DNA of 64,000 bases from Terriglobia bacterium (GTDB lineage Bacteria > Acidobacteriota > Polarisedimenticolia > Polarisedimenticolales > JAIQFR01): NCBI GenBank assembly GCA_963748015.1, contig CAVVHE010000008.1, forward strand, positions 222,070 through 286,069, written 5' to 3'. Position numbers and translations under genes: made by a program. Positions 1 through 10,591 of this stretch are shown here, in pieces. The notes under the pieces were generated by a model, which searched no databases, was not told the origin of the DNA, and saw only the letters and a list, made by a program, of their open reading frames with translations. The first letter of the stretch is position 1; each line of letters starts with the position of its first letter.

Positions 1-840
1 ATGCTCAAGGGGGGCGTCATCATGGACGTCACCGACGACGCCCAGGCCAAGATCGCCGAGGACGCCGGCGCCACCGCCGTGATGGCCCTCGAGCGCGTGC
101 CGTCGGACATCCGCAAGCAGGGGGGGGTCGCGCGCATGTCCGACCCGGACATGATCGAGAAGATCATGGAGGCCGTGTCCATCCCGGTCATGGCCAAGTG
201 CCGGATCGGCCATTTCGCCGAGGCGCAGGTGCTCGAGGCGCTCGGTGTCGACTACATCGACGAGAGCGAGGTGCTCACCCCGGCCGACGAGGAGCACCAC
301 GTGGACAAGTTCGCGTTCAAGATCCCGTTCGTGTGCGGTTGCCGCGAGCTCGGCGAGGCGCTCCGCCGGATCGGCGAGGGAGCGGCGCTGCTCCGCACGA
401 AGGGGGAGGCCGGCACCGGGAACATCGTCGAGGCGGTGCGGCACATGCGGGCGGTCGTCTCCGGGATCCGCCGCCTCACGGTCCTCGGGCCGGAGGAGCT
501 GATGGCCGAGGCGAAGAAGCTCGGCGCGCCGTTCGAGCTGGTCCGCATGGTCGCGGCCGACGGCAAGCTCCCCGTGCCCAACTTCGCGGCCGGCGGCATC
601 GCGACGCCGGCGGACGCGGCGCTCATGATGCAGCTCGGCGCCGAGGCGGTGTTCGTCGGCTCCGGTATCTTCAAGTCGTCGGACCCCGCGAAGCGCGCGA
701 AGGCGATCGTGCGCGCGACGACGCACTACCGCGATCCACGGGCCGTCGCGGAGGTCTCCCGGGGTCTCGGCGACGCGATGCCGGGGATCGAGACGTCGAA
801 GCTGCCCGAGTCCGAGCTGCTGCAGACCCGAGGCTGGTGA
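1..840 (+). CDS. pdxS: Pyridoxal 5'-phosphate synthase lyase subunit PdxS (5' end cut by window edge)
   Basis: Translation LKGGVIMDV...RVPSDIR...[13 protein letters not shown]...[16 protein letters not shown] is the canonical PdxS/SNZ core. The ORF runs from base 1, so the true start lies upstream. Confidence 0.95.
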   Translation: MLKGGVIMDVTDDAQAKIAEDAGATAVMALERVPSDIRKQGGVARMSDPDMIEKIMEAVSIPVMAKCRIGHFAEAQVLEALGVDYIDESEVLTPADEEHHVDKFAFKIPFVCGCRELGEALRRIGEGAALLRTKGEAGTGNIVEAVRHMRAVVSGIRRLTVLGPEELMAEAKKLGAPFELVRMVAADGKLPVPNFAAGGIATPADAALMMQLGAEAVFVGSGIFKSSDPAKRAKAIVRATTHYRDPRAVAEVSRGLGDAMPGIETSKLPESELLQTRGW

Positions 841-1463
841 TGATTCGCGTCGGAGTGCTCGCCCTGCAGGGGGATTTCGGGGCGCATGCCAGGGCGATCG
901 AGCGCCTCGGCGCCGCCGTCGCCCTAGTCCGCAGGTGCGCGGAGCTCGCGGGGCTCGACGGCCTGGTCCTGCCCGGCGGCGAGAGCACGACGCTGCTCAA
1001 CCTGATGCAGGACGAGCCGTGGTTCGAGGCGGTCGAGCGGTTCCATCGCGAGGGAGGCGCGCTCCTGGGGACCTGCGCCGGAGCGATCCTGCTGTCGCGC
1101 CGGGTGCTGAATCCCGCGCAGCCTAGCTTAGGCCTGCTCGACGCCGTCGTGGAGCGGAACGGTTGGGGCCGCCAGGCGGACTCGTTCGAGACCCGTCTCG
1201 AGGCCCCCGAGCTCGGCGGGCCCATCGAGGCGGTGTTCATCCGCGCTCCGCGCTTCAAATCGCTGGGACGGAAGGTGACGGTCCTGGCGCGCATCCGCCG
1301 GGAGCCGGTCCTGGTCCGCCAGGGCCGCATCCTCGCGGCGACGTTTCATCCCGAGTTGACCGGCGACGGCCGCCTCCACCGGCACTTCCTGGAGCTGGCG
1401 GAGGAGGCGCGCGCGGCCATCGACGCGAACGACGAGGAGCGGTCGAAGGCGGTCGCTTCCTGA
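840..1463 (+). CDS. pdxT: Pyridoxal 5'-phosphate synthase glutaminase subunit PdxT
   Basis: [13 protein letters not shown]...LPGGESTT...GTCAG...FHPE is a class-I glutaminase of PdxT type. Its ATG overlaps the pdxS stop (TGATG) and lies in the frame of ORF 198..1463. Confidence 0.9.
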   Translation: MIRVGVLALQGDFGAHARAIERLGAAVALVRRCAELAGLDGLVLPGGESTTLLNLMQDEPWFEAVERFHREGGALLGTCAGAILLSRRVLNPAQPSLGLLDAVVERNGWGRQADSFETRLEAPELGGPIEAVFIRAPRFKSLGRKVTVLARIRREPVLVRQGRILAATFHPELTGDGRLHRHFLELAEEARAAIDANDEERSKAVAS

Positions 1464-1503
1464 CACGAACCGGGGCGCGGGGCGGCCCGCGACGGAGGCT
1501 CAG

Positions 1504-2400
1504 ATGAGCGTGCTGGTTTACGTTGACGGGAAGATGGTTCCGAAGGAAGAGGCCGTCGTGTCGGTGTTCGACCACGGGTTCCTCTACGGCGACGGCGTGT
1601 TCGAGGGGATCAGGGTGTACGAGGGGAACGTGTTCCGCCTCCGGGAGCACATCGACCGGCTGTACGAGTCGGCCAACACGATCGCCCTCGAGATCCCGAT
1701 GACCCGCGACCAGATGATCGCGACGACGCTCGAGACCGTGGCGGTGAACCGGAAGAAGGACGCCTACATCCGTCTCGTCGTGTCGCGGGGAGCCGGCGAC
1801 CTCGGGATCGACCCGGCCAAGTGCCGCCGCCCGACCGTCGTGATCATCGCCGACACGATCTCCCTCTACCCGCAGGAGCTGTACGACAACGGCGCCACGC
1901 TCGTCACCGCCAGCGTGCGTCGGATCCCAATGGAATCCCTCGATCCGCGGATCAAGTCGCTCAACTACCTGAACAACATCCTGGCGAAGATCGAGGCCAA
2001 GCGGGCCGGCGCCCTCGAGGCGATTATGCTCAACCACCACGGCCTCGTGGCGGAGTGCACCGCCGACAACCTGTTCATGGTCAAGCAGGGGACGCTCAAG
2101 ACCCCGGACCTGATGCAGGGGGCCCTCGGCGGGATCACCCGCGCCGCGGTGCTCGACCTCGCCCGCAAGGCGAAGATCCCGAGCGCCGAGACCGTCCTGG
2201 CGCTCCACGACCTCTACAACGCCGACGAGTGCTTCCTCACGGGGACCGGCGCCGAGATCGTCCCGGTGATCATGATCGACGGGCGGCGCATCGGCGACGG
2301 CAAGCCCGGCTCGATCACCAAGAAGCTGCTCGCGGACTTCCGCGTGCTGCGGACGCAGGACGGCATCAAGGTGCCCTACAAGGAAGCGGTCGCGCCGTAA
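1504..2400 (+). CDS. ilvE: Branched-chain amino acid aminotransferase (fold type IV PLP enzyme)
   Basis: The 298-aa product has FDHGFLYGDGVFEGIRVYEG, DAYIRLVVSRG and GITR motifs typical of class IV aminotransferases. A GGAGG lies 5 nt upstream of the ATG. Confidence 0.85.
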   Translation: MSVLVYVDGKMVPKEEAVVSVFDHGFLYGDGVFEGIRVYEGNVFRLREHIDRLYESANTIALEIPMTRDQMIATTLETVAVNRKKDAYIRLVVSRGAGDLGIDPAKCRRPTVVIIADTISLYPQELYDNGATLVTASVRRIPMESLDPRIKSLNYLNNILAKIEAKRAGALEAIMLNHHGLVAECTADNLFMVKQGTLKTPDLMQGALGGITRAAVLDLARKAKIPSAETVLALHDLYNADECFLTGTGAEIVPVIMIDGRRIGDGKPGSITKKLLADFRVLRTQDGIKVPYKEAVAP

Positions 2401-2415
2401 GCTACCCCGGCCGGG

Positions 2416-4590
2416 TCACGCGGGACGGGACGGGCGGGCCCCGGACAGCAGCTCGGCGACCGAGCGGAGCAGGTCGGCCATCGGCACGGGTTTCGAGAGA
2501 ATCTTGTCGATCCCTTCCTCGGACGCCCGTTCGGATCCGAGCTGCTGGCCCCAGCCCGTCACGAGCATCGTCGCCGCGTCGGGCTGGAGGTCGCGCATGA
2601 GGCGCAGCACCTCGATCCCGGACATGCCGGGCATGCCGAGGTCGCTGACGATCAGGTCGTAGCTCCGGCTCGAGGCCAGCTCGATCGCGGCCTTGCCGTC
2701 CGGCGCCTCGTCCACCTCGTGGCTCTCGAGGCGGAGGATGTCGGCCATCGCCTCGCGGACGTCCGCCTCGTCGTCCACGAGGAGGATCCGGCCCGTCGCG
2801 GCGCGGAGGACTTCGAGCGCGATCTCGGAGGCGCGCTCCGCCGCCGCCCCTGCGGCCGCCCCGGTCGCCGCCGGGAGGTCCACGGCGAACGTGGTGCCCC
2901 GGCCCGGCACCGATTCGACGCGGATGCTCCCCTCGTGCCGCTGGAGGATGCCGGCCGAGACCGACAGGCCGAGCCCCGTTCCCCGGGACCCCTTGGTGGA
3001 GAAGAACGGGGTGAAGATCTTCTCGAGGTGCTCCGGCGGGATCCCCACCCCGTCGTCCGCGACCTCGACGCGCACGCGGCCGTCCGAGGCCCGGCTTCGC
3101 AGCGTGATCGTGCCGCCGGACGGCATGGCGTCGGCCGCGTTCAACACCAGGTTGGTGAACACCTCGCGGATCTCCGAAGGGCTCGCCAGGACCGCCGGGA
3201 CCTCCGAGAGGTCGGTCGCCACGCGGATCGCGGCGCCGCGCGCCTGGGCCTGGTCCTTCCACCTGCCGCTCGTCAGCTCGACCACCTGCCGGAGCAGCTC
3301 GTTCACGTCGAGCCGCATGCGCCCCGACTCTCCCTGCATGCGCGCGAAGTCGAGCATCCGGCGGACGGTCGCGGACCCGTCGGTGGCGGAGCGAGCGATC
3401 ACCTCCACCCACCGTCGCTGCTCCGCGTCGGTCAGCGCCCGGTCGAGCATCTGCGCGCGCAGGAGAATCGCGGCCATCAGGTTGTTGAAGTCGTGGGCCA
3501 CGCCGCTCGCCAGCATTCCCATCGCGGCGAGGCGCGCCGAGTGGAGGGCCTGCATCTCCATCTCGCGCTGGCGGGTGACGTCGCGGGCGATCAGGACGAG
3601 CCCTTCCACGGCCCCGCCGGAGGAGCGGTAGGGGAAGGCGCCGAGGATGAAGAGACCGCCGAGGTGGGGGAGGTCCAGCTCCGCCGTGGCCGGCTGGCTT
3701 CCCTCGAGCGCCTTCGCGATCGGGTCGTTGTACGGCCGCACCCCGCCGCCGAACAGCAGCTGCGACGCGTTGCGCCCCGGCACGGCCACGATCGGCAGCC
3801 TGCAAAGAGCCGCGAACGCCAGGTTCGCGCGCCGGATCGTGCCGTCGCGATCCTGCAGGGCGACCGGATCGCTGATCGCGTCGAAGGTCCTCTCCCACTC
3901 CGTCTTGGCGTTCGCGATCTCGCGGAAGAGTCGCGCGTTGAGGACCGCCGGGACGATCTGCTCCGCGAGGATCTCCATGAGCTGCGCGAACGGCTCGTCG
4001 AAGGCGTTCCGGTGGACGCTCTCGATGTTCAGGACGCCCACGGGCTGCCCGGCGTTCATCAGCGGGATCGCCAGCTCCGACAGGGAGTTCGAGACTGCGA
4101 CGAAATCGGGGTCGCGGGACGTGTCGTTGCACAGGACCGGGGCCCGGGTGCGGACCGCGCGGCCGATGATGCCGCGATCGAGGCTCTGTCGGTAGCCCTC
4201 GAATTTCTCCGCGTCGATCTCCCCCGCGGAATCGCTGAAGACCATCGTGCGGTCCACGGGGTCGTACGTCATGATCGTCACGTGGTTGTAGCCGAATTCC
4301 GCGTGAATCGTGTGGACCAGGTAGTGGATCAGGGCATCCGGATCCAGCTGGGCGGCGGCCTCCCGCGAAATGCGGCTCACGGTCCCCAGGGTCTGCAGGT
4401 GGCGCTCGGAGCCGGCGACGAGCGCCGCCAGCCGGCGCCGCTCGCGGCGCCTCGCGACGAGGTGCACCGCGGCGCCCGCGACGAACGCGGCGAGGATCGT
4501 GATCGCGATACCCGCCCAGTGCTGCAGGAAGTCGTGGGGTGTCACCAGGCCGGCCGCGGAACCCGCTGTGGCGGTCAGCGCAGCGGACAC
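2416..4590 (-). CDS. Hybrid sensor histidine kinase (TM, GAF, PAS, HisKA, HATPase_c, C-terminal receiver)
   Basis: The 724-aa product has an N-terminal TM helix and a GAF-like region. It also has an H-box (GVAHDFNNLMAAI), G-boxes (DDGVGIP, GTGLGLS) and a C-terminal REC (ILLVDDE...DLIVSDLGMPGMSG). Confidence 0.85.
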   Translation of the reverse strand: MSAALTATAGSAAGLVTPHDFLQHWAGIAITILAAFVAGAAVHLVARRRERRRLAALVAGSERHLQTLGTVSRISREAAAQLDPDALIHYLVHTIHAEFGYNHVTIMTYDPVDRTMVFSDSAGEIDAEKFEGYRQSLDRGIIGRAVRTRAPVLCNDTSRDPDFVAVSNSLSELAIPLMNAGQPVGVLNIESVHRNAFDEPFAQLMEILAEQIVPAVLNARLFREIANAKTEWERTFDAISDPVALQDRDGTIRRANLAFAALCRLPIVAVPGRNASQLLFGGGVRPYNDPIAKALEGSQPATAELDLPHLGGLFILGAFPYRSSGGAVEGLVLIARDVTRQREMEMQALHSARLAAMGMLASGVAHDFNNLMAAILLRAQMLDRALTDAEQRRWVEVIARSATDGSATVRRMLDFARMQGESGRMRLDVNELLRQVVELTSGRWKDQAQARGAAIRVATDLSEVPAVLASPSEIREVFTNLVLNAADAMPSGGTITLRSRASDGRVRVEVADDGVGIPPEHLEKIFTPFFSTKGSRGTGLGLSVSAGILQRHEGSIRVESVPGRGTTFAVDLPAATGAAAGAAAERASEIALEVLRAATGRILLVDDEADVREAMADILRLESHEVDEAPDGKAAIELASSRSYDLIVSDLGMPGMSGIEVLRLMRDLQPDAATMLVTGWGQQLGSERASEEGIDKILSKPVPMADLLRSVAELLSGARPSRPA

Positions 4591-4812
4591 TAGACACCCT
4601 CCGGGCAGCCGGGCCAGAGAGGCCGACTCGAGATTAAATTAATTCAGGCTTAAACATAATTCCTTAAGGTCGGGCGTGTCAACCTCGCGAATCCGTGGCC
4701 TATCCGCACGGCGCGCCGCCGGGGTCGGCCGGCGCTTCGCGTCGCGACGGGCCGCGTTCCGTGTAAAGTGGGCCCGCGCCCCGAGGACCGGACCGGCGTA
4801 ACGGGAGCTCCG

Positions 4813-5790
4813 ATGCGAATCGCCCTGATCGGCTTGGTGTTCGCCATGCTGGCGACGATGGCTGCATTCCTGGCGTCGAAGGCGAGGAGGGGGAGGGACG
4901 GCGTCGAGGTGCTGGACACCGAGGGCCGTCGCCGGCTTCCCACACCGAGGAAAACACCCGCGACCCTGGTGGGCGGGGTCTTGCTCGCCGCTCTAGTCCT
5001 CGTCCTGCTCGCCTCGTCGGTCCGCGTCGTGCCGGTCGGCCACGGCCTCGTCGTGTTCAACACCGTCACCAAGACCTTCCGGCTCGCGCCGCAGGGGGTC
5101 GCCCTCGTCGTGCCGCTGGTCACCGACACCCAGATCTACGACCTCAGGCGCGTCGAGTACACGATGTCGGGGGTTCGCGGCGAGGGGAGGAAGTCGGAGG
5201 CGGACGACTCGCTCTGGTCGCCGACGCAGGAGGGGCTGCAGGTCGGGATCGACCTCACCGTCTGGCACCACCTCGACCCGCGGCGGGTGATCGACATCCA
5301 CCGCGGGATCGGCCCGGATTTCGAGGAGAAGATCATCCGTCCGGCGGTGCGCTCGGTGATCCGCCTCGTGATCTCCGAATACGCCGTCATGGACGTCTAC
5401 TCGGCGCGGCGGGCGCAGATCCAGGACGAGATCAACGCGAAGATCAAGAGGCTCGTGGAGAAGGACGGCTTCGTGATCGACGAGGTGGTGCTCCGGGACG
5501 TGAGGTTCACCGAGCAGTTCGCCAAGGCGATCGAGGCGAAGCAGATCGCCCAGCAGTCGGCGGAGCAGATGAAGTACGTCCTCGAGAAGGAGCAGAAGGA
5601 AGCGGAGCGGAAGGTGATCGAGGCCCAGGGGCGCTCGAAGGCGATCGAGACGATCAACGAGGCGCTCCGGCAGAACCCGAACTACATCCGGTACCTCTAC
5701 GTGGACAAGCTGTCCGACAAGATCTCCGTGATCGTCTCCGACCAGAACACGATCATGGACCTCAAGGGGATCCTGGACTCCAAGAAGTAG
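4813..5790 (+). CDS. SPFH/band-7 (prohibitin/HflC-like) membrane protein
   Basis: A TM segment is followed by VPVGHGLVVFNTV...VDVYSARR...VLRDVRFTEQFAKAIEAKQIAQQ, as in SPFH domains. I prefer the ATG at 4813 (GGGAG upstream) over the ORF-track start at 4768, but the start is uncertain. Confidence 0.8.
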   Translation: MRIALIGLVFAMLATMAAFLASKARRGRDGVEVLDTEGRRRLPTPRKTPATLVGGVLLAALVLVLLASSVRVVPVGHGLVVFNTVTKTFRLAPQGVALVVPLVTDTQIYDLRRVEYTMSGVRGEGRKSEADDSLWSPTQEGLQVGIDLTVWHHLDPRRVIDIHRGIGPDFEEKIIRPAVRSVIRLVISEYAVMDVYSARRAQIQDEINAKIKRLVEKDGFVIDEVVLRDVRFTEQFAKAIEAKQIAQQSAEQMKYVLEKEQKEAERKVIEAQGRSKAIETINEALRQNPNYIRYLYVDKLSDKISVIVSDQNTIMDLKGILDSKK

Positions 5791-5861
5791 CTCGTCCTCG
5801 CGCGGTCGTCCCGCGTTTCGCATTCGAGGCCGGGGGGGCATTCCGGGGGCTTCGGCCGAGA

Positions 5862-5913
5862 GCGGGAACGTTCCTCGCCGCCCCGGAAAAGGGGCGTCTG
5901 CGGACGTTCCCGC
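5862..5913. repeat. Two-tier palindromic element, copy A (GGGAACGTTCC-TCGCC-GCCCC-GGAAAA-GGGGC-GTCTGC-GGACGTTCCC)
   Basis: The outer stem, inner stem and loop were read directly. The element is related to the one at 6521-6605 and lies 72 nt downstream of the SPFH stop. Confidence 0.6.
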
Positions 5914-6068
5914 CCTCGACCTCGCGTGGTCGGGGCGAGCGCTTGACTGGAGGCGTGGTGCTGATCTGCGATTCGGATCACGTCGAAGTTTGTGTTGTCC
6001 CGCTCGGCGGTTGCCGTCCCTCTTCCGGGGTACAATGACCGCTCTTTGATTCCGGAAGGAGACGAGGC

Positions 6069-6509
6069 ATGGGCAGAATCTGCGACGTGATCAAGGAGAA
6101 GGGGGCGACCGTCCACAGCATCGAGGCGTCCGCGACCGTATTCGACGCGATCAAGCGCATGGTGGACGTCGGGGTCGGCGCGCTCCTCGTGACGGAAGAG
6201 GGGAAGATCTGCGGCATGATCACCGAGCGGGACTATCTCCGCCGGATCGCCGTGGAAGGCCGCACTTCGCGCGGGACCCTCGTCCGCGAGATCATGAACT
6301 CGCCCGTCATCTGCATCGAATCCAGCGCGGACGTCGCCGAGTGCATGGCCCTGATGACCCACAAGCGCATCCGGCACCTCCCGGTCGTGGACCAGGAGCG
6401 TCTCGTGGGCCTCGTGTCGATCGGCGACGTCGTTCGGGCCGTCTCGAAAGAGGCCACGTTCCACGCCCAGGTCCTCACCGACTACATCACCGGCAAGTAC
6501 CCCGCCTAA
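6069..6509 (+). CDS. CBS domain pair protein
   Basis: The 146-aa product has two CBS repeats (GALLVTEEGKICGMITERD..., HLPVVDQERLVGLVSIGD). A GGAAGGAG RBS lies upstream. Confidence 0.85.
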   Translation: MGRICDVIKEKGATVHSIEASATVFDAIKRMVDVGVGALLVTEEGKICGMITERDYLRRIAVEGRTSRGTLVREIMNSPVICIESSADVAECMALMTHKRIRHLPVVDQERLVGLVSIGDVVRAVSKEATFHAQVLTDYITGKYPA

Positions 6510-6520
6510 CGCGTCCGGAA

Positions 6521-6605
6521 GCCGACGCGCCTCGAAAACGGGAGTGTCCTCGCCAGCCCGAAAAAGGGCTGTCTCCGGACACTCCCGTTTTCGAGGCGCG
6601 TCGGC
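6521..6605. repeat. Two-tier palindromic element, copy B, with perfect 29-bp arms (6521-6549 / 6577-6605); possible bidirectional terminator between convergent genes
   Basis: The left arm gccgacgcgcctcgaaaacgggagtgtcc is the exact reverse complement of the right arm. An inner AGCCC-GAAAAA-GGGCT hairpin is present. The element sits between the CBS stop (6509) and the purL stop (6616). Confidence 0.7.
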
Positions 6606-6615
6606 GGGAGGGTCG

Positions 6616-9600
6616 CTAGAGTCCCGAGGCGACGGTGTCGACGCCGTTGCGGAAGATCGCGATGCCGGCGCCCTCCTCGGGGAAGGTGCGGGACGGGTCG
6701 GGCGTGTGGGCGTTGCGGGCGCGCCTGAACCAGAGCGGGTGCTGGAAGGCGTAGAGGTAGGCGTCGGGGTGCGGCATCATCCCGAAGAGGCGGCCGGAGG
6801 GGTCGCAGACCCCCGCGACGGCGCCGGGCGAGCCGTTCGGGTTCCACGGCCAGGCGAGCGTGGGGCTCCCGTCGGGACCGACGTAGCGCGCGGCGATCTG
6901 CCGGCCGGACTCGAGCCTCGACATCACCTCGCCGTCCGCGACGAGGAACTTCCCCTCGCCGTGGCGCGCGGGCACGTCGAGCGTCTCGACGCCGCGCGTC
7001 CAGACGCAAGGCGATTCCGGGTCGAATGCGAGGCGGACCCACGCGTTCCGGTAGCCCAGGCGGTCGTTCGGGGCCAGCGTCGCGCGCGGCGTGCGGTAGT
7101 CGCCGTCGAAGCCGGGAAGCATGCCGAGGCGCACCATCGTCTGGAACCCGTTGCAGATGCCGAGCGCCAGGCCGCCGCCGTCGATGAACTCCAGCAGACG
7201 GTCGTAGAGGCGCCACCGGATCTTGTTGGCGAACACCGAGCCGGCGCCGAGGTGGTCGCCGAAGGCGAACCCGCCGACGAACACGAGGATCGGGTACTCG
7301 GAGAGCGCCCGCGGGGCGCGGCCATCCAGAACGTCGAGGAGGTGGACCCGCTCGGGGACGGCCCCGGCGGTGCGGAACGCCGCGTCGGTCTCCTCCTCGC
7401 AGTTGAGCCCCAGCCCCGTCAGGATCAGGACACGCACCTCGGCGCGCCTGCGCTCCTTCTCGTCCTCGGGCAGGGACCGGAAGCGCGCGACGCGAAGGCC
7501 GGCCGGCTCCTCCCGCGCCGGGGAGGGGCCGCGGCCGGGCGACTCGATCGCCGGCCCCGGCTCGGGCTGCTCCTCTGCGAGGGTCGCCTTGAACGCGGTC
7601 TTGAGCTCGAACACGTCCGCGTCGAGCACGGTCTTCCCGCCGAGGCGGGCGACGAGGCGGGGCGCCCCGGTCACCGTCCCGATCCGCCGGCACGCGAGCC
7701 CCTCGAACCGGCGCGCGAACGCCGCGGCGTGCTCCTCCGGAACGGTCGCCACGAAGCGCCCTCCAGATTCGGCGAACAGCGCCACGTCGGCGGGCAGCGC
7801 GGCGAGGTCGGGGCAGCGGTCGAGGTCGAGGTCCATCCCGAGCTCGCCCGCCATCGCCGCGCGGGCGAGTGCCAGGGCCAGGCCGCCCCGCGCCGGCACC
7901 GACGCCGAGCGGACCAGCCGCTCGCGCACGGCGCTGTCGAAGGCGCGGTAGAGGGGCAGGGTCTCCGCCGGGTCCACGCGGGGCGCCTTGTTCCCGACGT
8001 AGGGGCACGGGGCGCCGGGCGGCTGCGCGAGGCCGTCCAGCTCTCCCCGATGGCGGAAGTACTCGGAGGCGCCCGTCTCGTCGCGCGTGGTCCCGATCAG
8101 GAAGACGGCGTCTCCCGGCGCCTTGAGGTCGAGCGTCACGGCGTCCCGCACGTCGTCGATCCGCCCGATCGCCGAGACCAGCAGCGTGGGCGGCACGCTG
8201 ATCTTCACGCCGCCCATCGTCGAGTCGTTCTTCATCGAGTCCTTGCCGGAGATCAGCGGCGTGCCGTACGCGACGCACAGGTCGTGGAGCCCGCGGCAGG
8301 CCCGCACGAGCTGCGCCATCTTGTACGCGCCGTCGGGGGTCGTCTCGCGACTCGACGGGGTCCGGCCAGCAGAAGTTGTCGAGCAGCGCGATCCGGTCGA
8401 GGCGCGCGCCGGCCGCGAGCTGCCGGCGCACCGCCTCGTCCACCGCGAGGGCGGCCATCGCGTACGCGTCGATGTCGGAGAGGAACGGATGGATCCCCTC
8501 CGACAGGACGTACCCCTTGACGGAGCCGTGCCGCGCGAGGAACACCGTTCCCTCGGCCGGAACGTCCGCGTTCACCCCGGTGAACGGCTTGACGACCGAG
8601 AGGCCCTTGACCTCGTGGTCGTAGTGCCGCGCCTTCCCCTCGATCGAGCAGAGGTTGAGCCGGCCGAGGAGGTCGCGCAGCAGCCCGCGTCGAGATCGGC
8701 CGGCGCGGGCCCCGGGGGCTCCGGGAAAGACGGCGGCGTCCAGCGGGCGGCGAGGTCGAGATCCGGATCCCCCTCGTGCAGGAACTCCATGTCGAGGAGC
8801 GCCACGATCTCAGCCCCGTAGGTCACGTGCGAGCCGGCCGCCCGAGGTGAACTCGCCGAGGACCGTGGCCTCGACCTCGCGGCGCCGCGCGAGCGCGAGG
8901 AACGCGCCGATCTTCTCCGGCGCGACCGCGAGGGTCATCCGCTCCTGCGCCTCCGAGAGGAGGATCTCCCACGGCGCGAGCCCGGCGTACTTGAGCGGGG
9001 CGAGGGAGAGGTCGAGCCGCGCGCCACCCGACCCGCGGGCCATCTCCCCGACGGAGGACGAGAGGCCGCCCGCGCCGTTATCGGTGATCGCCTCGTAGAG
9101 GCCGAGCTCCCGCGCCTCGAGGAGGAAGTCGAACATCCGCTTCTGCGTGATCGGGTCGCCGATCTGCACCGCCTGCACGGGCGACGACTCGTCGAGGGCG
9201 GCCGACGAGAAGGTCGCGCCGTGGATCCCGTCGGCGCCGATCCGGCCGCCGGTCATCACGATCAGGTCGCCCGGGCGGGCCGACTTGACGTGGCCCGGCC
9301 GCCCGGCGACGGTCACCGGGAGCGCGCCGACCGTGCCGCAGAACACCAGCGGCTTCCCGAGATAGCGCGCGTCGAAGACCTCGAAGCCGCGGCCGTACGG
9401 GATCCCGCTCTGGTTCCCGCCGTCGATCACGCCGCGGTGCACGCCGTCGCGGATCCGGCGCGGGTGGAGGAGGCCCTTCGGGACCGGGCCGTCGTGGAAC
9501 GGCGACGCGAAGCAGTAGCCCCAGACGTTCGCGAGGAGATCCGCGCCCAGTCCGGTGCCGAACGGGTCGCGGTTGACCCCGACGATCCCGGTGATCGCGC

Positions 9601-10591
9601 CGCCGTACGGGTCGAGCGCGGAGGGCGAGTTGTGGGTCTCGACCTTGTAGACGAGGCTCAGGTGGTGGTCGAAGGCGACGACGCCGGCGTTGTCGTGGAA
9701 GACCGAGACGAGCCAGGAGACGCCGTCACGCTCGCGGACCGCGCGGTCGACCTTCTCGGTGGCCCCGCGGATGAACGTCTTGAAGATCGAGCGGATCGTT
9801 TCCGGATCGCGACCCGGCTCGTGGTACGTCACGGTCGCGTTGAAGATCTTGTGCTTGCAGTGCTCGCTCCAGGTCTGGGCGATGCACTCGAGCTCGGCGT
9901 CGGTGGGAGCGTCGCCGAGGCCGGCCTCGCGGCGGGCGGGATCGGCGGCGGCGGCGCGGAAGTGGTCGCGGACCGCCCGCATCTCGGCCACGGAGAGCGA
10001 CAGCAGCCGCTCGCGGCTGATCCGCGCGAGCTCCTCGTCGCTCCCCGAGAGCGGGACCGTCGCGACGCGAGGCGTCTCGTGGCCGGCCACGTGCGGCACG
10101 GAGAGGTCGGGAGGGGAGGCGGCCCACGCCTCGCGGGTCTCCACCTGGACCGTCTGGATCACCGAGTTGGCGAGAAGGTCCCACGCGATCCGCTCGGCCT
10201 GCGCGCGGTCCACGCCGTCGAGAAGGTAGAGGGTCGACGTGTAGACGGCGGAGCCCTCTCCGAGCGCGCGCTGTAGCGTGTCCTCGACCGCGACGCGCGC
10301 GCTCTTCCCCACCGGATCGGTCACCCCCGGTTTGTACGCGACGGTGACCGCGACGTCGAACGGGCCGTCCTCGACCCGCCCGATGGCCCCCGTCTCGCGC
10401 ACCGGGTCCGCAAACTCCGTCAGGACCCGCCGGGCCTCTCCGGCGGTAAGCTCCGCCTCGATCCGGTAGACGTCCCGCGTGCGCACCCGCCGCACGGGAA
10501 TCCCCAGGAACCCGCGCACCGTGCGGGACACCTCTTCCCCCCGCGGGTCCCGCTGTCCGGGCCGCGTCGCGATCTCGATCCTCGTAACCAA
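6616..10591 (-). pseudogene. purL: Phosphoribosylformylglycinamidine synthase, large single-chain form (PurS-like N-domain + FGAM synthetase + glutaminase); interrupted by 3 frameshifts as assembled
   Basis: Fragments 8810..10591, 8572..8826, 6506..8575 (N-terminal part only) and 6616..8319 read as one continuous PurL when joined. The joins are at about 8830, about 8693 and the G5 run 8335-8339. The start is a TTG at 10591 with GGAGG upstream. Confidence 0.85.
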
